Origin: Candidatus Aminicenantes bacterium
Lineage (GTDB): Bacteria; Acidobacteriota; Aminicenantia; UBA2199
Reading direction: 5' to 3'
Length of the DNA: 47,730 bases
NCBI GenBank assembly: GCA_022865785.1
Contig: JALHTJ010000205.1
Coordinates: 1-47,730 of the forward strand
In this document: positions 30,896-40,180 of the stretch, piece by piece
Position numbering within the stretch: position 1 is the stretch's first letter
How the letters are laid out: each line of letters starts with the position of its first letter
Notes under the pieces: generated by a model
The model's input: the letters and a program-made list of their open reading frames with translations, nothing else
Told to the model about the DNA's origin: nothing
The model's database searches: none
Made by a program: the position numbers and the translations under genes

Positions 30896-32232
30896 TAATA
30901 AATAACCCTTCCTAAGGATTTTTCCAATTTCACTTGGGCGACCCGGGAATCCACTTCTGCCGTCTTCAGATTTGTTTCGGCCTGCAGTTTTAAAGTTTCC
31001 GCATCAATTAAATCCGTACTCGTTGCCAATTGCATATTATATTTTTCGCAAGTAATACGATAGTTTTCCAGCGCCTGATTAAGTGTTTCTTTACTCACGT
31101 TTACTTGCGCTTCATACTTAATGAGATTAAGGTAGTTTACATAAACTTCCAATTGAATGTTTTCTTTGAGCTGCTCGAGATTGGTTTCAAGTTGAACTTC
31201 AGTTTGCACAGCTTGCGAAACTTGAGATTGGGTCAGACCCCAGTTCCAGATGTCCCAGCTGAAGGTTACAGCCAGATCCCAGTTGGAATTGAATTCATTC
31301 CTGGCCGGTTGAAATCTTGGATTGGGATTACCGTAATTATAATTTCCGCTTAAATAAACTGCCGGAAGCCGATTGGCCTTGGCGGCGCTTACGCTTTTCC
31401 TGCTTGCCTCGACACGGTAAGACAATGATTTCAACTCTTGGCGATTGCCGGTTGCCTCACTGATAATATCGGCAATTTGATACTCAGCACTATTAACCGC
31501 TGGTTCGCTGGCAGCAACTCTGGTCGCTGAAGTTAGATCGATTCCAATAGCCTTATTAAAAGTGATTCTGGCAAGCTCTAAATTATTCTCCGCTTCAATG
31601 AGCAAAAGTTGCGTGTTGGCATATTGAACTTCCAGTTTCAACAGATCATTCTTTGCCAGCATTCCGTTCTCATAAAAACTTTTTGTATTCTTTAGATGTT
31701 CTGCCATCTGTTGAAGACTTTGCCTGACCAATTTATTGATCTCAGCGGCTTTATAGTAATTCCAATAAGTGCTGTAAATGACAAATGCAGCTTCATTTTC
31801 CTCTTTGGCGTAATCTTTTTCTGAAGCCAACAAGTTTAATTTCGCAGATTTTTTTAGCGAAAGCAATTTGCCGCCGGTAAAAAGCGGCTGGCTGAAACCG
31901 AGCTTGAAGGTGTAGTTGTTCAGCAGCGCTTCGGAAATTCTGATCGGATTCAAAGCAAAAGGCATGGTTACTTCAAAAGGGGGAATATTATTACTCAATC
32001 TTGTGTAATTCCCTAACAATTTGAACTGCGGCAAGAATTGACTGCTTATTTCTGTCAGTTTAGAGTCGGCATAATTTAATTTGGATTTGTACTTTTTGAG
32101 ATCCTTGCTGTTTTGCAATCCCATGGCCATACTTTCCCTGAGAGTCAGGATTTTCTCCTGGGCCAACAGCGAATTCGCCATAAAAATAACAATTAATAAT
32201 TTTTTCATTTTTATTTCCTTTTTATTTTGCAT
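30895..32232 (-). CDS. TolC-family outer membrane efflux protein
   Basis: 445 aa. Signal peptide (MKKLLIVIFMANSLLAQE, alternative start 32208). Two-fold repeated coiled-coil/beta pattern typical of OEP proteins. The stop shares one nucleotide with the downstream ATG. Confidence 0.8.
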   Translation of the reverse strand: MQNKKEIKMKKLLIVIFMANSLLAQEKILTLRESMAMGLQNSKDLKKYKSKLNYADSKLTEISSQFLPQFKLLGNYTRLSNNIPPFEVTMPFALNPIRISEALLNNYTFKLGFSQPLFTGGKLLSLKKSAKLNLLASEKDYAKEENEAAFVIYSTYWNYYKAAEINKLVRQSLQQMAEHLKNTKSFYENGMLAKNDLLKLEVQYANTQLLLIEAENNLELARITFNKAIGIDLTSATRVAASEPAVNSAEYQIADIISEATGNRQELKSLSYRVEASRKSVSAAKANRLPAVYLSGNYNYGNPNPRFQPARNEFNSNWDLAVTFSWDIWNWGLTQSQVSQAVQTEVQLETNLEQLKENIQLEVYVNYLNLIKYEAQVNVSKETLNQALENYRITCEKYNMQLATSTDLIDAETLKLQAETNLKTAEVDSRVAQVKLEKSLGRVIY

Positions 32233-32237
32233 CGGCT

Positions 32238-33146
32238 TTACTTACCCATGTAATGGATAAAGACATTTTCCAATGATGGCGGGATCATTCTTTTGCTAAT
32301 TTCAGCGATTGAATTTTCTGCAAACAATTGACTGATAAGTGCATAATCTGTTTCATATGCGGCTATGGCAATGTTAAGCCTGTCGCCATACATCTGCACT
32401 TCAAAACCTGTTGATGATTTTATGAGGTTGTACGCCGCTCGCACCGGTGCGCAGACTATCTCCAGTATTTGCATATTCATGGAATCTTTCACATTTTGCG
32501 GCGTATCGCAGCTGATTATTTTTCCCTTGTCCATCAGTGCCACGCGGTTGCATCTTTCGGCTTCGTCCAGGTAAGGAGTGGACATGAATATCGTAATCCC
32601 TTCTTTTAAAAGGTTTGACAGTATCTTCCAGAAATCTCGCCGCGAAACCGGATCTACACCGGTGGTCGGCTCATCAAGAAAAATTATTTTCGGCTTATGA
32701 ATCAGTGTGCAAGCCAGGGCAAGCTTTTGCTTCATGCCGCCGGAAAGTTTGTCAGCCAGCCTGTCCCTGAATGGCGTAAGTCTTGTAAATTCGAGAAGTT
32801 CGTTTCTTCGATCTGAAAAATGCTTTACGCCATGTATATCGGCAAAAAATTCAACGTTCTCATCAACGGTCAGATCACCATAAAGTGAAAATTTTTGCGA
32901 AAGATAGCCGATTTCGTTTTTGATCAGGTTCTTTTGTTTCAACAGATCGAATCCCAGGATTTCCGCAGAACCGCTTTCCGGGACAAGCAAGCCAACCAGC
33001 ATTCTTATGGTCGTTGTTTTTCCGGCACCGTCCGGTCCGACCAAGCCGAACATTTCACCGCGGTTCACATGATAGTTTACGCCGGCCACGGCCAATAGCG
33101 GACCATAACTTTTTTTTAGATCGACTATTTTTATTGCTGCAGCCAA
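32238..33146 (-). CDS. ABC transporter ATP-binding protein (single NBD)
   Basis: Walker A GPDGAGKTTT, signature LSGGMKQKLAL, Walker B IIFLDEPTTGVD. Confidence 0.9.
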   Translation of the reverse strand: MAAAIKIVDLKKSYGPLLAVAGVNYHVNRGEMFGLVGPDGAGKTTTIRMLVGLLVPESGSAEILGFDLLKQKNLIKNEIGYLSQKFSLYGDLTVDENVEFFADIHGVKHFSDRRNELLEFTRLTPFRDRLADKLSGGMKQKLALACTLIHKPKIIFLDEPTTGVDPVSRRDFWKILSNLLKEGITIFMSTPYLDEAERCNRVALMDKGKIISCDTPQNVKDSMNMQILEIVCAPVRAAYNLIKSSTGFEVQMYGDRLNIAIAAYETDYALISQLFAENSIAEISKRMIPPSLENVFIHYMGK

Positions 33147-33162
33147 TTTTTACCCTTTATTT

Positions 33163-34128
33163 TCATAATAAAATTTCAGCATCCGCCGGCATGCCAGGTT
33201 TCAGATCAAAATCCCTGTTTGCTATTTCAATTTTAACGGCAAACACCAATTTTGTGCGCTCATCCTTGGTTTGAATATTTTTTGGAGTAAACTCCGCTTC
33301 GGGAGAGATGTAAGTGACTTTGCCTGCATATTTCCTGTCAGGGTAAGTATCAATGGTTATTTCCGCCTTTTGTCCGAGATTTATCCTGCCCAATTCAACC
33401 TCAGAGACATAAATAATCAGGTTCACTCTCGCCAGATTTGCTATCTTCACAAGTGACGACATGGGGGCGACCGTTTCGCCGACTTCCACAAACTTATTAA
33501 CTATAAAACCATCTATTGGTGATTTTACATAGCTGTCTTCAATTTGCTTTTTCAGAAGATTGACGGATGCTTTTGCTTTTCGCAAGTTGGCTTTGGCCTG
33601 GTCAATTTCCTCGACTCTGAATATTTTTCGCACTTTCATATAATTTTCTTTTGCAGATGAGAATTGCGCAATTGCTACCTGGTAGCGGGCGGATATATCT
33701 TCATATTGCTTCCGGGTAATTGACTTACTATCCCACAACTTTGTATATCTTTCAAAATCGCTTTTGGCCAGATTGAAATTAATCTCGGTTTGCTTCATCA
33801 TTTCTTCAGCCTGTTTTATATCTTCGGACCTTGCGCCTTTAAGCAGCAATTTAAGTTGTGCCTCGCTTATTTGTTCAGACGCCGCCGCCTGTTCAAGCTG
33901 GAAGCCAAGCACTTCGTGGTCGATTATGAGAATTGTATCGCCGGCTTTGACCCGTTCGCCCTCAGTTGCAATAATGGATTTTATTTCCCCGGCATTCCTT
34001 GAACTGATAGTGACATTTGTTGATTCTATTGTACCGCTGGCCTGAATGACAGCCTTGTCTCCCCCGCCCGAACATGAGAACAATGCCAGCGCCAGCAGTG
34101 CCATTACAAGTCCTTTAATTGATTTCAT
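33163..34128 (-). CDS. HlyD-family membrane fusion (periplasmic adaptor) lipoprotein
   Basis: Lipobox LALFSC. Also a barrel-sandwich block GTIESTNVTISSRNAGEIKSI...VKAGDTILIID, a long coiled coil, and C-terminal GMPADAEI. Confidence 0.85.
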   Translation of the reverse strand: MKSIKGLVMALLALALFSCSGGGDKAVIQASGTIESTNVTISSRNAGEIKSIIATEGERVKAGDTILIIDHEVLGFQLEQAAASEQISEAQLKLLLKGARSEDIKQAEEMMKQTEINFNLAKSDFERYTKLWDSKSITRKQYEDISARYQVAIAQFSSAKENYMKVRKIFRVEEIDQAKANLRKAKASVNLLKKQIEDSYVKSPIDGFIVNKFVEVGETVAPMSSLVKIANLARVNLIIYVSEVELGRINLGQKAEITIDTYPDRKYAGKVTYISPEAEFTPKNIQTKDERTKLVFAVKIEIANRDFDLKPGMPADAEILL

Positions 34129-34130
34129 TT

Positions 34131-34742
34131 TTATAACCTCTCATTTAAACACTTTGACTTATTTTGCAGAATTGTTTTTACAAATTTTATTGCCTTGTTT
34201 CCTCTGGCCTTGAGGGAAAAAGCGTAGTTGCTTAATCTCCATTCCAATACTATGAGCCTGATATAGCCTAAAACTATCACGACAAACTCTTCGACATCTA
34301 TTTCCAATTTGCAATTTTCCGGATTCATGGCGTTGACAATATCAAAAAGAGCCTTCTTTCTATTTTGAATGATGGTCTGCATTTTCTTTTTAAGAATCTC
34401 GCTTTGCTTGAATATATCCTCAGAGAATATAACCGAGGTCATTTCAACATGTTTTTCTAAATATGTGAAGTGAAATAGCATGAAGTGGCTTAATTTCTCC
34501 AAAGGATCATGAATCATGGCTATTTCCTGATTCAGTTGCTTATCAAAACCGCTGAAAAGTGTCAGGATGCCAAGAAGAATATCTTCCTTGTTTAGAAAAT
34601 GTCTGTAGATCGCCGCTTCACTGATTTTTTCTTTTCGGGCGAGTTTTCTGATCGAGAGCGAGGAATAGCCGTTCTCGTGAATAATTTTTATTGCTTGCTC
34701 AATAATATGCTTCTGCCTTGCTTCGGTGTTCAAGCGCGCCAT
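34131..34742 (-). CDS. TetR/AcrR-family transcriptional regulator
   Basis: N-terminal HTH GYSSLSIRKLARKEKISEAAIYRHFLNKEDIL. It is the first gene of the efflux operon. Confidence 0.85.
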   Translation of the reverse strand: MARLNTEARQKHIIEQAIKIIHENGYSSLSIRKLARKEKISEAAIYRHFLNKEDILLGILTLFSGFDKQLNQEIAMIHDPLEKLSHFMLFHFTYLEKHVEMTSVIFSEDIFKQSEILKKKMQTIIQNRKKALFDIVNAMNPENCKLEIDVEEFVVIVLGYIRLIVLEWRLSNYAFSLKARGNKAIKFVKTILQNKSKCLNERL

Positions 34743-34755
34743 TTTATCCTTTTGT

Positions 34756-34802
34756 TAGTTAACGTTCACTATCAATTATAAATCATTTTTTCTTTTTGTC
34801 AA
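34756..34802 (-). promoter_or_regulatory. Consensus sigma70-type promoter of the TetR/efflux operon, with a palindromic operator candidate
   Basis: On the minus strand: TTGACA (34802-34797), 16 nt, TATAAT (34780-34775). The imperfect palindrome TAGTTAACGTTCACTA (34756-34771, 14 of 18 symmetric with flanks) lies between the -10 and ATG 34742. Confidence 0.6.
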
Positions 34803-34840
34803 CTAATTCTTTGAAATTGTTAAATTATTTATTGAAAGCA

Positions 34841-34861
34841 GGGGCGGGAAAACCCCGCCCC
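34841..34861 (-). terminator. GC-rich hairpin downstream of focA; a likely intrinsic terminator separating the formate and efflux operons
   Basis: GGGGCGGG-loop-CCCGCCCC (8-bp G:C stem), followed on the minus strand by the U-rich tgctttcaataaataattt. Confidence 0.5.
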
Positions 34862-34949
34862 TACCTAATGGGAATAATTAATAATTAAAAGAACGGCGCA
34901 GTAATATTCCGGAGCTGCCCGCGCGCATAACAAAGTATTCAGAGGTTGA

Positions 34950-35804
34950 CTAGGCTTTTTTGCCCTTGCGGATATAGGTGAACCAATACAGGGTGGCCAC
35001 GAAGAAGCCGCCGCCGACGATATTGCCCAGGGTGACCGGCACCAGGTTTCTGACCAGGAAGCCGTACCAGCCGACATTGGCCAGGGATTCGGCAGACAAA
35101 CCGGCCGCGCTCGCGGCAGCCACCACTTCGTTAACCCCTTTGAGCAGCATGCCGACGGGGATGAAATACATGTTGGCGACGCTATGCTCGAATCCGGAAG
35201 CCACGAAAGCCATGATCGGAAAGAAGATGGCCCAGACCTTGCCGATGGTGTTGCGCGAGGTCAGTGCCATCCATACCGCCAGGCAGACCAGCCAGTTGCA
35301 GAGGATGCCGCGGAAGAAAGCCGGCCAGAATGCCAGGCTAACTTTGCCGGCGGCGGTTTTCAGGGCGGCAACGCCGACAGCCACGTTGGCGCCTTCCAAA
35401 AGGCCGCTGCCGAACATCAGGTAGGCTACCAACAGCGAGCCGATCAGGTTGGCCACGTAGATGACCGACCAGTTGTACAGCAGGCCGCTGAACTTGGATT
35501 TACCGTCCAGCACCGAAATGGTGATAAGAGTGTTGCCGGTGAACAGCTCCGCACCGGCTATGACGACCAGCATCAGGCCGGTGGAGAAGACAGCTCCCTT
35601 GATAAAGGCGGCCAGGCCGGCGCCGACAAACTTGGCCGCGTCATGGCCGATCATATTCGACAGTTCGCCGCCGAAACCAATGTAGGCGCCGGCCAGGATG
35701 CCCAGCACCAGCAGTTTGAACGCATTGTTCGTGGTTTTCTTGACGCAAATGTTCTCATTCAGGTCCGCGGCCACCATGGCCGGGGATTTGCAGTCGTACT
35801 CCAT
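34950..35804 (-). CDS. focA: Formate/nitrite transporter family channel (FocA-like)
   Basis: 284 aa, 6 TM, FNT signature FFPIMAFVASGFEHSVANMYFIP. It lies immediately downstream of fdhA. Confidence 0.85.
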   Translation of the reverse strand: MEYDCKSPAMVAADLNENICVKKTTNNAFKLLVLGILAGAYIGFGGELSNMIGHDAAKFVGAGLAAFIKGAVFSTGLMLVVIAGAELFTGNTLITISVLDGKSKFSGLLYNWSVIYVANLIGSLLVAYLMFGSGLLEGANVAVGVAALKTAAGKVSLAFWPAFFRGILCNWLVCLAVWMALTSRNTIGKVWAIFFPIMAFVASGFEHSVANMYFIPVGMLLKGVNEVVAAASAAGLSAESLANVGWYGFLVRNLVPVTLGNIVGGGFFVATLYWFTYIRKGKKA

Positions 35805-35819
35805 TTTTCATTCTCCTTT

Positions 35820-38543
35820 TTATGATTTAATTTTTTCTATTTGGCAGGCTGCCACTTTGAACTCGGGTATCTTGGCGATCGGGTCGAAGGCGTCGTTGGT
35901 CAGCACGTTGGCCGCGGCCTCGGCGAAATGGAAAGGGATAAACACCGAACCCAGGTCAACGCGAGGACTTTCTTGGGCCGGGATCCTGATCTCGCCGCGC
36001 CGCGACGCCACCCGCACTTCCTCGCCGTCAACGATAGCCATTTTTTTCATGTCCTGGGCGTGCATTTCCATGTACGGGCCGGCGACGTACTGCGGCAAGG
36101 CCACGGTGCGCCTGCTCATGGAACCGGTATGGTAGTGGTACAGGATGCGCCCGGTAGACAGCAGGAAAGGATATTCGGCGTCGGGCCATTCGGCCGGCGG
36201 GATGTAATCGATGGCGAAGAACTTGCCCAGGCCGCGGCTGAATTTGTCGCGATGCAGGAATTTCGTCCCCGGGTGCTCGGGATTGGGACAGGGCCATTGC
36301 AGTTTTTCGCCGTTGAGCAGGCGCTGATAGGTGATACCGGCATATTGCGGCACCAGGCGGTTAACCTCGTTAACGATGTCTTCCAGGCACTTGTAATCCA
36401 TGGCATAGCCCATGCGCGTGCTCACGTCGCGGATGGCCTCCCAGTCGATGCGCGCTTGGCCCGGAGCGGCAACGGCTTTTTCCACCCACAACACCCGGCG
36501 TTCGGTATTGGTGAAGGTGCCCTGCTTTTCGGCAAACGATGCCACCGGCAGCACCACATCGGCCAGTTGGGCGGTCTCGGTCAGGAAGATGTCCTGGACC
36601 ACCAGGAAATCGAGCTTCTCCAGGGCCAGCTTGACATGGTTGAGGTCGGGATCCGACACCATCGGGTTCTCGCCCATGATGTACAAGCCCTTTATCTTGC
36701 CTTCTGCTGCAGCATGCATGATTTCCACTACGGTCAAACCAACTTTGTCGTCGAGCTTGACTCCCCAGGCTTTTTCAAATTTCTCCCTGATAGCGGCATC
36801 GGTAACGGCCTGGTAGCCGGGATAGACATTGGGCAAAGCACCCATGTCGCAGGCCCCCTGCACGTTGTTCTGGCCGCGCAAGGGGTTGACCCCCACCGAC
36901 TCGCGGCCCACATTGCCGGTGACCATGGCCAGGTTGGCCATGGACATGACATTGTCGGTGCCGGTGGTGTGCTGAGTAATGCCCATGGAATAGACAATGG
37001 AACCGCTCTTGGCCTTGGCGTACAAACGAGCCGCCGCCTGCAGCTGTTTGGCGGGAATGCCACTGATTTTTTCCACTTTTTTCGGAGTGAAACCCTCGAC
37101 CATTTTTTTCAGAGCCTCAAAATCCTCGGTGCGAGTTTTTATGAATTCCTCATTGAGCAGCCCTTCACTGATGATCACCTGCATCATGCCGTTGGCCCAG
37201 GCCACGTCGCTGCCGTTTTTCTGGCGCAGCCACAGGCCGCCGTATTTTTCGGTGTATTTGACCAGTTCTATTTTACGCGGATCGATCACGATCAGCTTGG
37301 CGCCGTGAAAGAGAACCGCTTTCTTGATGCGCGTGGCGATGACCGGATGGGTCTCGGTGGTGTTGGAGCCGGTGACCAGGATAACCTCTGCCCGCTCAAG
37401 CTCCTCAATGGAATTGGTCATGGCGCCGGAGCCGAAAGTGCGGGCCAGGCCGGCCACGGTCGAGGCGTGGCAAAGCCGGGCGCAGTGATCGACGTTGTTG
37501 GAACCGAAGGCGGTGCGCACGAATTTCTGAAAAACAAAATTTTCCTCGTTGGTGCACTTGGCCGAAGAGAGGCCCGCCAACGCAGCAGGGCCGTGCTCTT
37601 TCTTGATGGCGCCGAATTTGTTTGCCACCAGGTCCAGGGCTTCATCCCAGCTGCTTTCAACCAGCTTACCGTCCTTGCGTATCAGGGGTTTTGTCAGGCG
37701 GTCGGGACGCTGGACGAAGTCGAGGCCGAAACGGCCCTTGACGCAGGTAGCAGCGAAGTTAGGCACCGAGTCAAAGCCCTTGACCTTGGCAATTTTATCG
37801 TCCTTGATCCAGAGCTCGAGCTGGCAGCCGACGCCGCAGTACGGGCAGGTTGTGACCACTTTCCTCTCGACGTCCTTTTTCTTCAGCTTACTTCCGTAAA
37901 CGGGTTTTTCCATCAGGGCGCCAACCGGGCAGGCCTGGACGCAGTCGCCGCAGCCGTCGCATTCCGATCCTGACCACTGGCCGGTTCCGGCCACGACATG
38001 GCTATGAATACCGCGCTGGGCCATACTCAAAACACCTTTACCCTGGATCTCGAAGCAGGCCTTGACGCAGCGTTCGCACTTGATGCACTTGGAGGAATCA
38101 TAGAACAGCACCGGCGCCGAAACATCCGGGGCCTGGGGAATCTCCTTCCAGACGGCAGCGAAAGTGCGTTTGGGCGTATCGAGGTCGTAGCGGAAGGCCA
38201 GGTCCTGGATGCCGCAGTCGCCATCGCGCTCGCAGGTGATGCAGTCGTCGTTGTGTTCGGAGAGCAGCAAGTCGGCAAGCATCCGGCGCGTCTCTTCCAG
38301 CTGCGTGTCAAAAGCCGTGATCTTCATGCCCTCCTCGACCTTGACCAGGCAGGCGGGGACCATGCCCGGCCTTCCTTCTATTTTCACCACGCACAAGCGG
38401 CAATCGCCGCTGGCGGTCACTTTTTCGTAAAAACACAAACCGGGAATATCAAAACCGTTGTCCCGGGCCACTTGCAGCAGGTTAGCTTCCTTGGCCGCCT
38501 TGATCTCCTTGCCGTCAATATTAATAGTTACCATTTCCGACAT
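35820..38543 (-). CDS. fdhA: Formate dehydrogenase catalytic subunit: NuoG-like N-terminus ([2Fe-2S], His-ligated and 2x[4Fe-4S]) plus a bis-MGD domain; cysteine type
   Basis: CFYEKVTASGDCRLC, SEHNDDCITCERDGDC, CIKCERCVKAC, CDGCGDCVQACP, TTCPYCGVGC, and active-site context HCARLCHAS (Cys where Sec-type enzymes have U). The ORF runs 907 aa without an internal stop. Confidence 0.9.
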   Translation of the reverse strand: MSEMVTINIDGKEIKAAKEANLLQVARDNGFDIPGLCFYEKVTASGDCRLCVVKIEGRPGMVPACLVKVEEGMKITAFDTQLEETRRMLADLLLSEHNDDCITCERDGDCGIQDLAFRYDLDTPKRTFAAVWKEIPQAPDVSAPVLFYDSSKCIKCERCVKACFEIQGKGVLSMAQRGIHSHVVAGTGQWSGSECDGCGDCVQACPVGALMEKPVYGSKLKKKDVERKVVTTCPYCGVGCQLELWIKDDKIAKVKGFDSVPNFAATCVKGRFGLDFVQRPDRLTKPLIRKDGKLVESSWDEALDLVANKFGAIKKEHGPAALAGLSSAKCTNEENFVFQKFVRTAFGSNNVDHCARLCHASTVAGLARTFGSGAMTNSIEELERAEVILVTGSNTTETHPVIATRIKKAVLFHGAKLIVIDPRKIELVKYTEKYGGLWLRQKNGSDVAWANGMMQVIISEGLLNEEFIKTRTEDFEALKKMVEGFTPKKVEKISGIPAKQLQAAARLYAKAKSGSIVYSMGITQHTTGTDNVMSMANLAMVTGNVGRESVGVNPLRGQNNVQGACDMGALPNVYPGYQAVTDAAIREKFEKAWGVKLDDKVGLTVVEIMHAAAEGKIKGLYIMGENPMVSDPDLNHVKLALEKLDFLVVQDIFLTETAQLADVVLPVASFAEKQGTFTNTERRVLWVEKAVAAPGQARIDWEAIRDVSTRMGYAMDYKCLEDIVNEVNRLVPQYAGITYQRLLNGEKLQWPCPNPEHPGTKFLHRDKFSRGLGKFFAIDYIPPAEWPDAEYPFLLSTGRILYHYHTGSMSRRTVALPQYVAGPYMEMHAQDMKKMAIVDGEEVRVASRRGEIRIPAQESPRVDLGSVFIPFHFAEAAANVLTNDAFDPIAKIPEFKVAACQIEKIKS

Positions 38544-38557
38544 GCATGCCTCCTTTG

Positions 38558-40180
38558 TTATTTCTCAGATTGGCTGATGGCCAACGCGAATTCGTCTTTA
38601 AAATTTTCCAGGGCGCTCTTGACCGGCATGATCAGCGACTGGCCCAAGGGGCAGAGCGATGATTTGAACATGGTTTCAGCAAGTTGCAGCAGGGTTTCCG
38701 GATCGCCCTTCTTTCCGGCCCCACGGCGGATGCGGTAGACGATATTGAGGATCTGCCGGGTGCCGATGCGGCAGGGCGCGCATTGGCCGCAGGATTCGTG
38801 GGCGAAAAACTTGGCGATGGAAAAGAGCATGTCAACGATCGAAGTGTCCTCGTTCATGACCAGTACGGCCCCGGAACCGAGCACGGCCTTGCTTTCCTTC
38901 AGGTTCTCGAAATCCATCTTCACGTCCAGCAGGGGTTCTGACAGGAACACACCGGCGGCGCCGCCGAGTAAAGCAGCTTTGAATTTTTTGCCGCCCTTGA
39001 TGCCGCCCCCGAACGAGAAAATGATCTCGCGCAAAGGCGTGCCCATGTCGGTCTCGATCAGCCCCGGATACTCGACGTGGCCGAGAATGGTAAACACCTT
39101 GGTGCCCGGGCACTTGTCGGTGCCGATCTTGCGGAACCAGCCGGCGCCATTGCTGATGATGGCCGGAATATTGGCCAGGGTTTCAACATTGTTGACCGCG
39201 GTGGGTTTCTGCCAAAGCCCGTGGCTGACCGGGTAAGGCGGCTTGACGCGCGGGTTGCCGCGCTTGCCTTCCAGCGATTCGATCAGCGCCGTTTCCTCGC
39301 CGCAGATATAGGCTCCGGCGCCCTTTTTGATTTCCAGTTCGAAGGCAAAGCCGGTCTCCAGGATGTTTTTACCCAGCAGGTTGAATTCCCGGGCCTGGTC
39401 TATGGCTTTTTGCATGCGCTCGATGGAGAGCCCGTATTCGCCGCGGATATAGACATAACCGCGGCTGGCGCCAATGGCGAAGGCGGCGATGGTCATGGCC
39501 TCGATAAGTTTGTGCGGATCACCCTCGAGGATCAGCCGGTCCTTGAAGGTTCCGGGCTCGCCTTCATCGGCGTTGCAGATGATGTATTTTTCAGCGCCCG
39601 CCGCCGTCCGCCCCGCGCCAGACGGGGCCTTACGCGTGAATTCCCATTTCATGCCGGTGGGGAATCCGGCGCCGCCGCGGCCGCGCAGCCCCGATCGCTT
39701 TACTTCTTCGATCACCTGTTCCGGGCTGAGCTTGTCGCTGAATATTTTTTCCAGGGCCCGGTAAGCGCCGGCGGCCAGGACTTCATTGATGTTTTGCGGA
39801 TCCACGGCCCAGGCTTTGTCCAGCACCACGCGGCGCTGCTCGCGCGTCAGTCCGACACGGGTTCCGGTCCGGTCAGAAGTCATGTCGCCCACATGGCCGT
39901 GGGCCAGGTCGGCGACGATCCGCCCTTTGAGCAAATGCTCCTCAATGATGCGGGCGATGTCGTTTTCCTTGACCTGAAAATAGTACATGCGGTCGGGATA
40001 AACGGTCAGGATGACGCCTTTACCGACAATGCCGACGCTGCCGCTTTCCAAGACTTTTATTTCATTCTGCAGTTTTCTCGATTGCAACTCTCTTTCCAGC
40101 CGGCGTTTGACCTGAAAAACCCCGGCCAGAACTGTTCCCTCGTCGACCGGCAGCAGGATGTGCGTACGGTAAATGCTCAT
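38558..40180 (-). CDS. NuoF/FdsB-like NAD(H)- and FMN-binding subunit with a Cys-free thioredoxin-like N-terminal domain
   Basis: SGLRGRGGAGFPTGMKWEF, NADEGEPGTFKDR, ESCGQCAPCRIG...SLCPLGQS (N3 cluster). There is no Cys in the first ~200 residues and no C-terminal ferredoxin extension. Confidence 0.85.
   Translation of the reverse strand: MSIYRTHILLPVDEGTVLAGVFQVKRRLERELQSRKLQNEIKVLESGSVGIVGKGVILTVYPDRMYYFQVKENDIARIIEEHLLKGRIVADLAHGHVGDMTSDRTGTRVGLTREQRRVVLDKAWAVDPQNINEVLAAGAYRALEKIFSDKLSPEQVIEEVKRSGLRGRGGAGFPTGMKWEFTRKAPSGAGRTAAGAEKYIICNADEGEPGTFKDRLILEGDPHKLIEAMTIAAFAIGASRGYVYIRGEYGLSIERMQKAIDQAREFNLLGKNILETGFAFELEIKKGAGAYICGEETALIESLEGKRGNPRVKPPYPVSHGLWQKPTAVNNVETLANIPAIISNGAGWFRKIGTDKCPGTKVFTILGHVEYPGLIETDMGTPLREIIFSFGGGIKGGKKFKAALLGGAAGVFLSEPLLDVKMDFENLKESKAVLGSGAVLVMNEDTSIVDMLFSIAKFFAHESCGQCAPCRIGTRQILNIVYRIRRGAGKKGDPETLLQLAETMFKSSLCPLGQSLIMPVKSALENFKDEFALAISQSEK

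Noticed and set aside
35841-37973. A 710-aa plus-strand ORF antisense to fdhA. Similar long antisense ORFs occur elsewhere, for example 39077..40240, 42251..43204, 4371..5306, 10775..11803, 18352..19128, 21248..22108, 23621..24457, 25179..26066 and 46112..46972.
   Set aside because: They are typical stop-poor shadow frames opposite GC-rich genes. The translations are low-complexity (Gly/Ala/Arg/His/Gln rich) without motifs, while the opposite strand carries unambiguous conserved proteins.
35820-38543. Selenocysteine recoding in the formate dehydrogenase
   Set aside because: The ORF is continuous for 907 codons with no in-frame TGA. The active-site position reads Cys (HCARLCHAS), so no SECIS element is needed.
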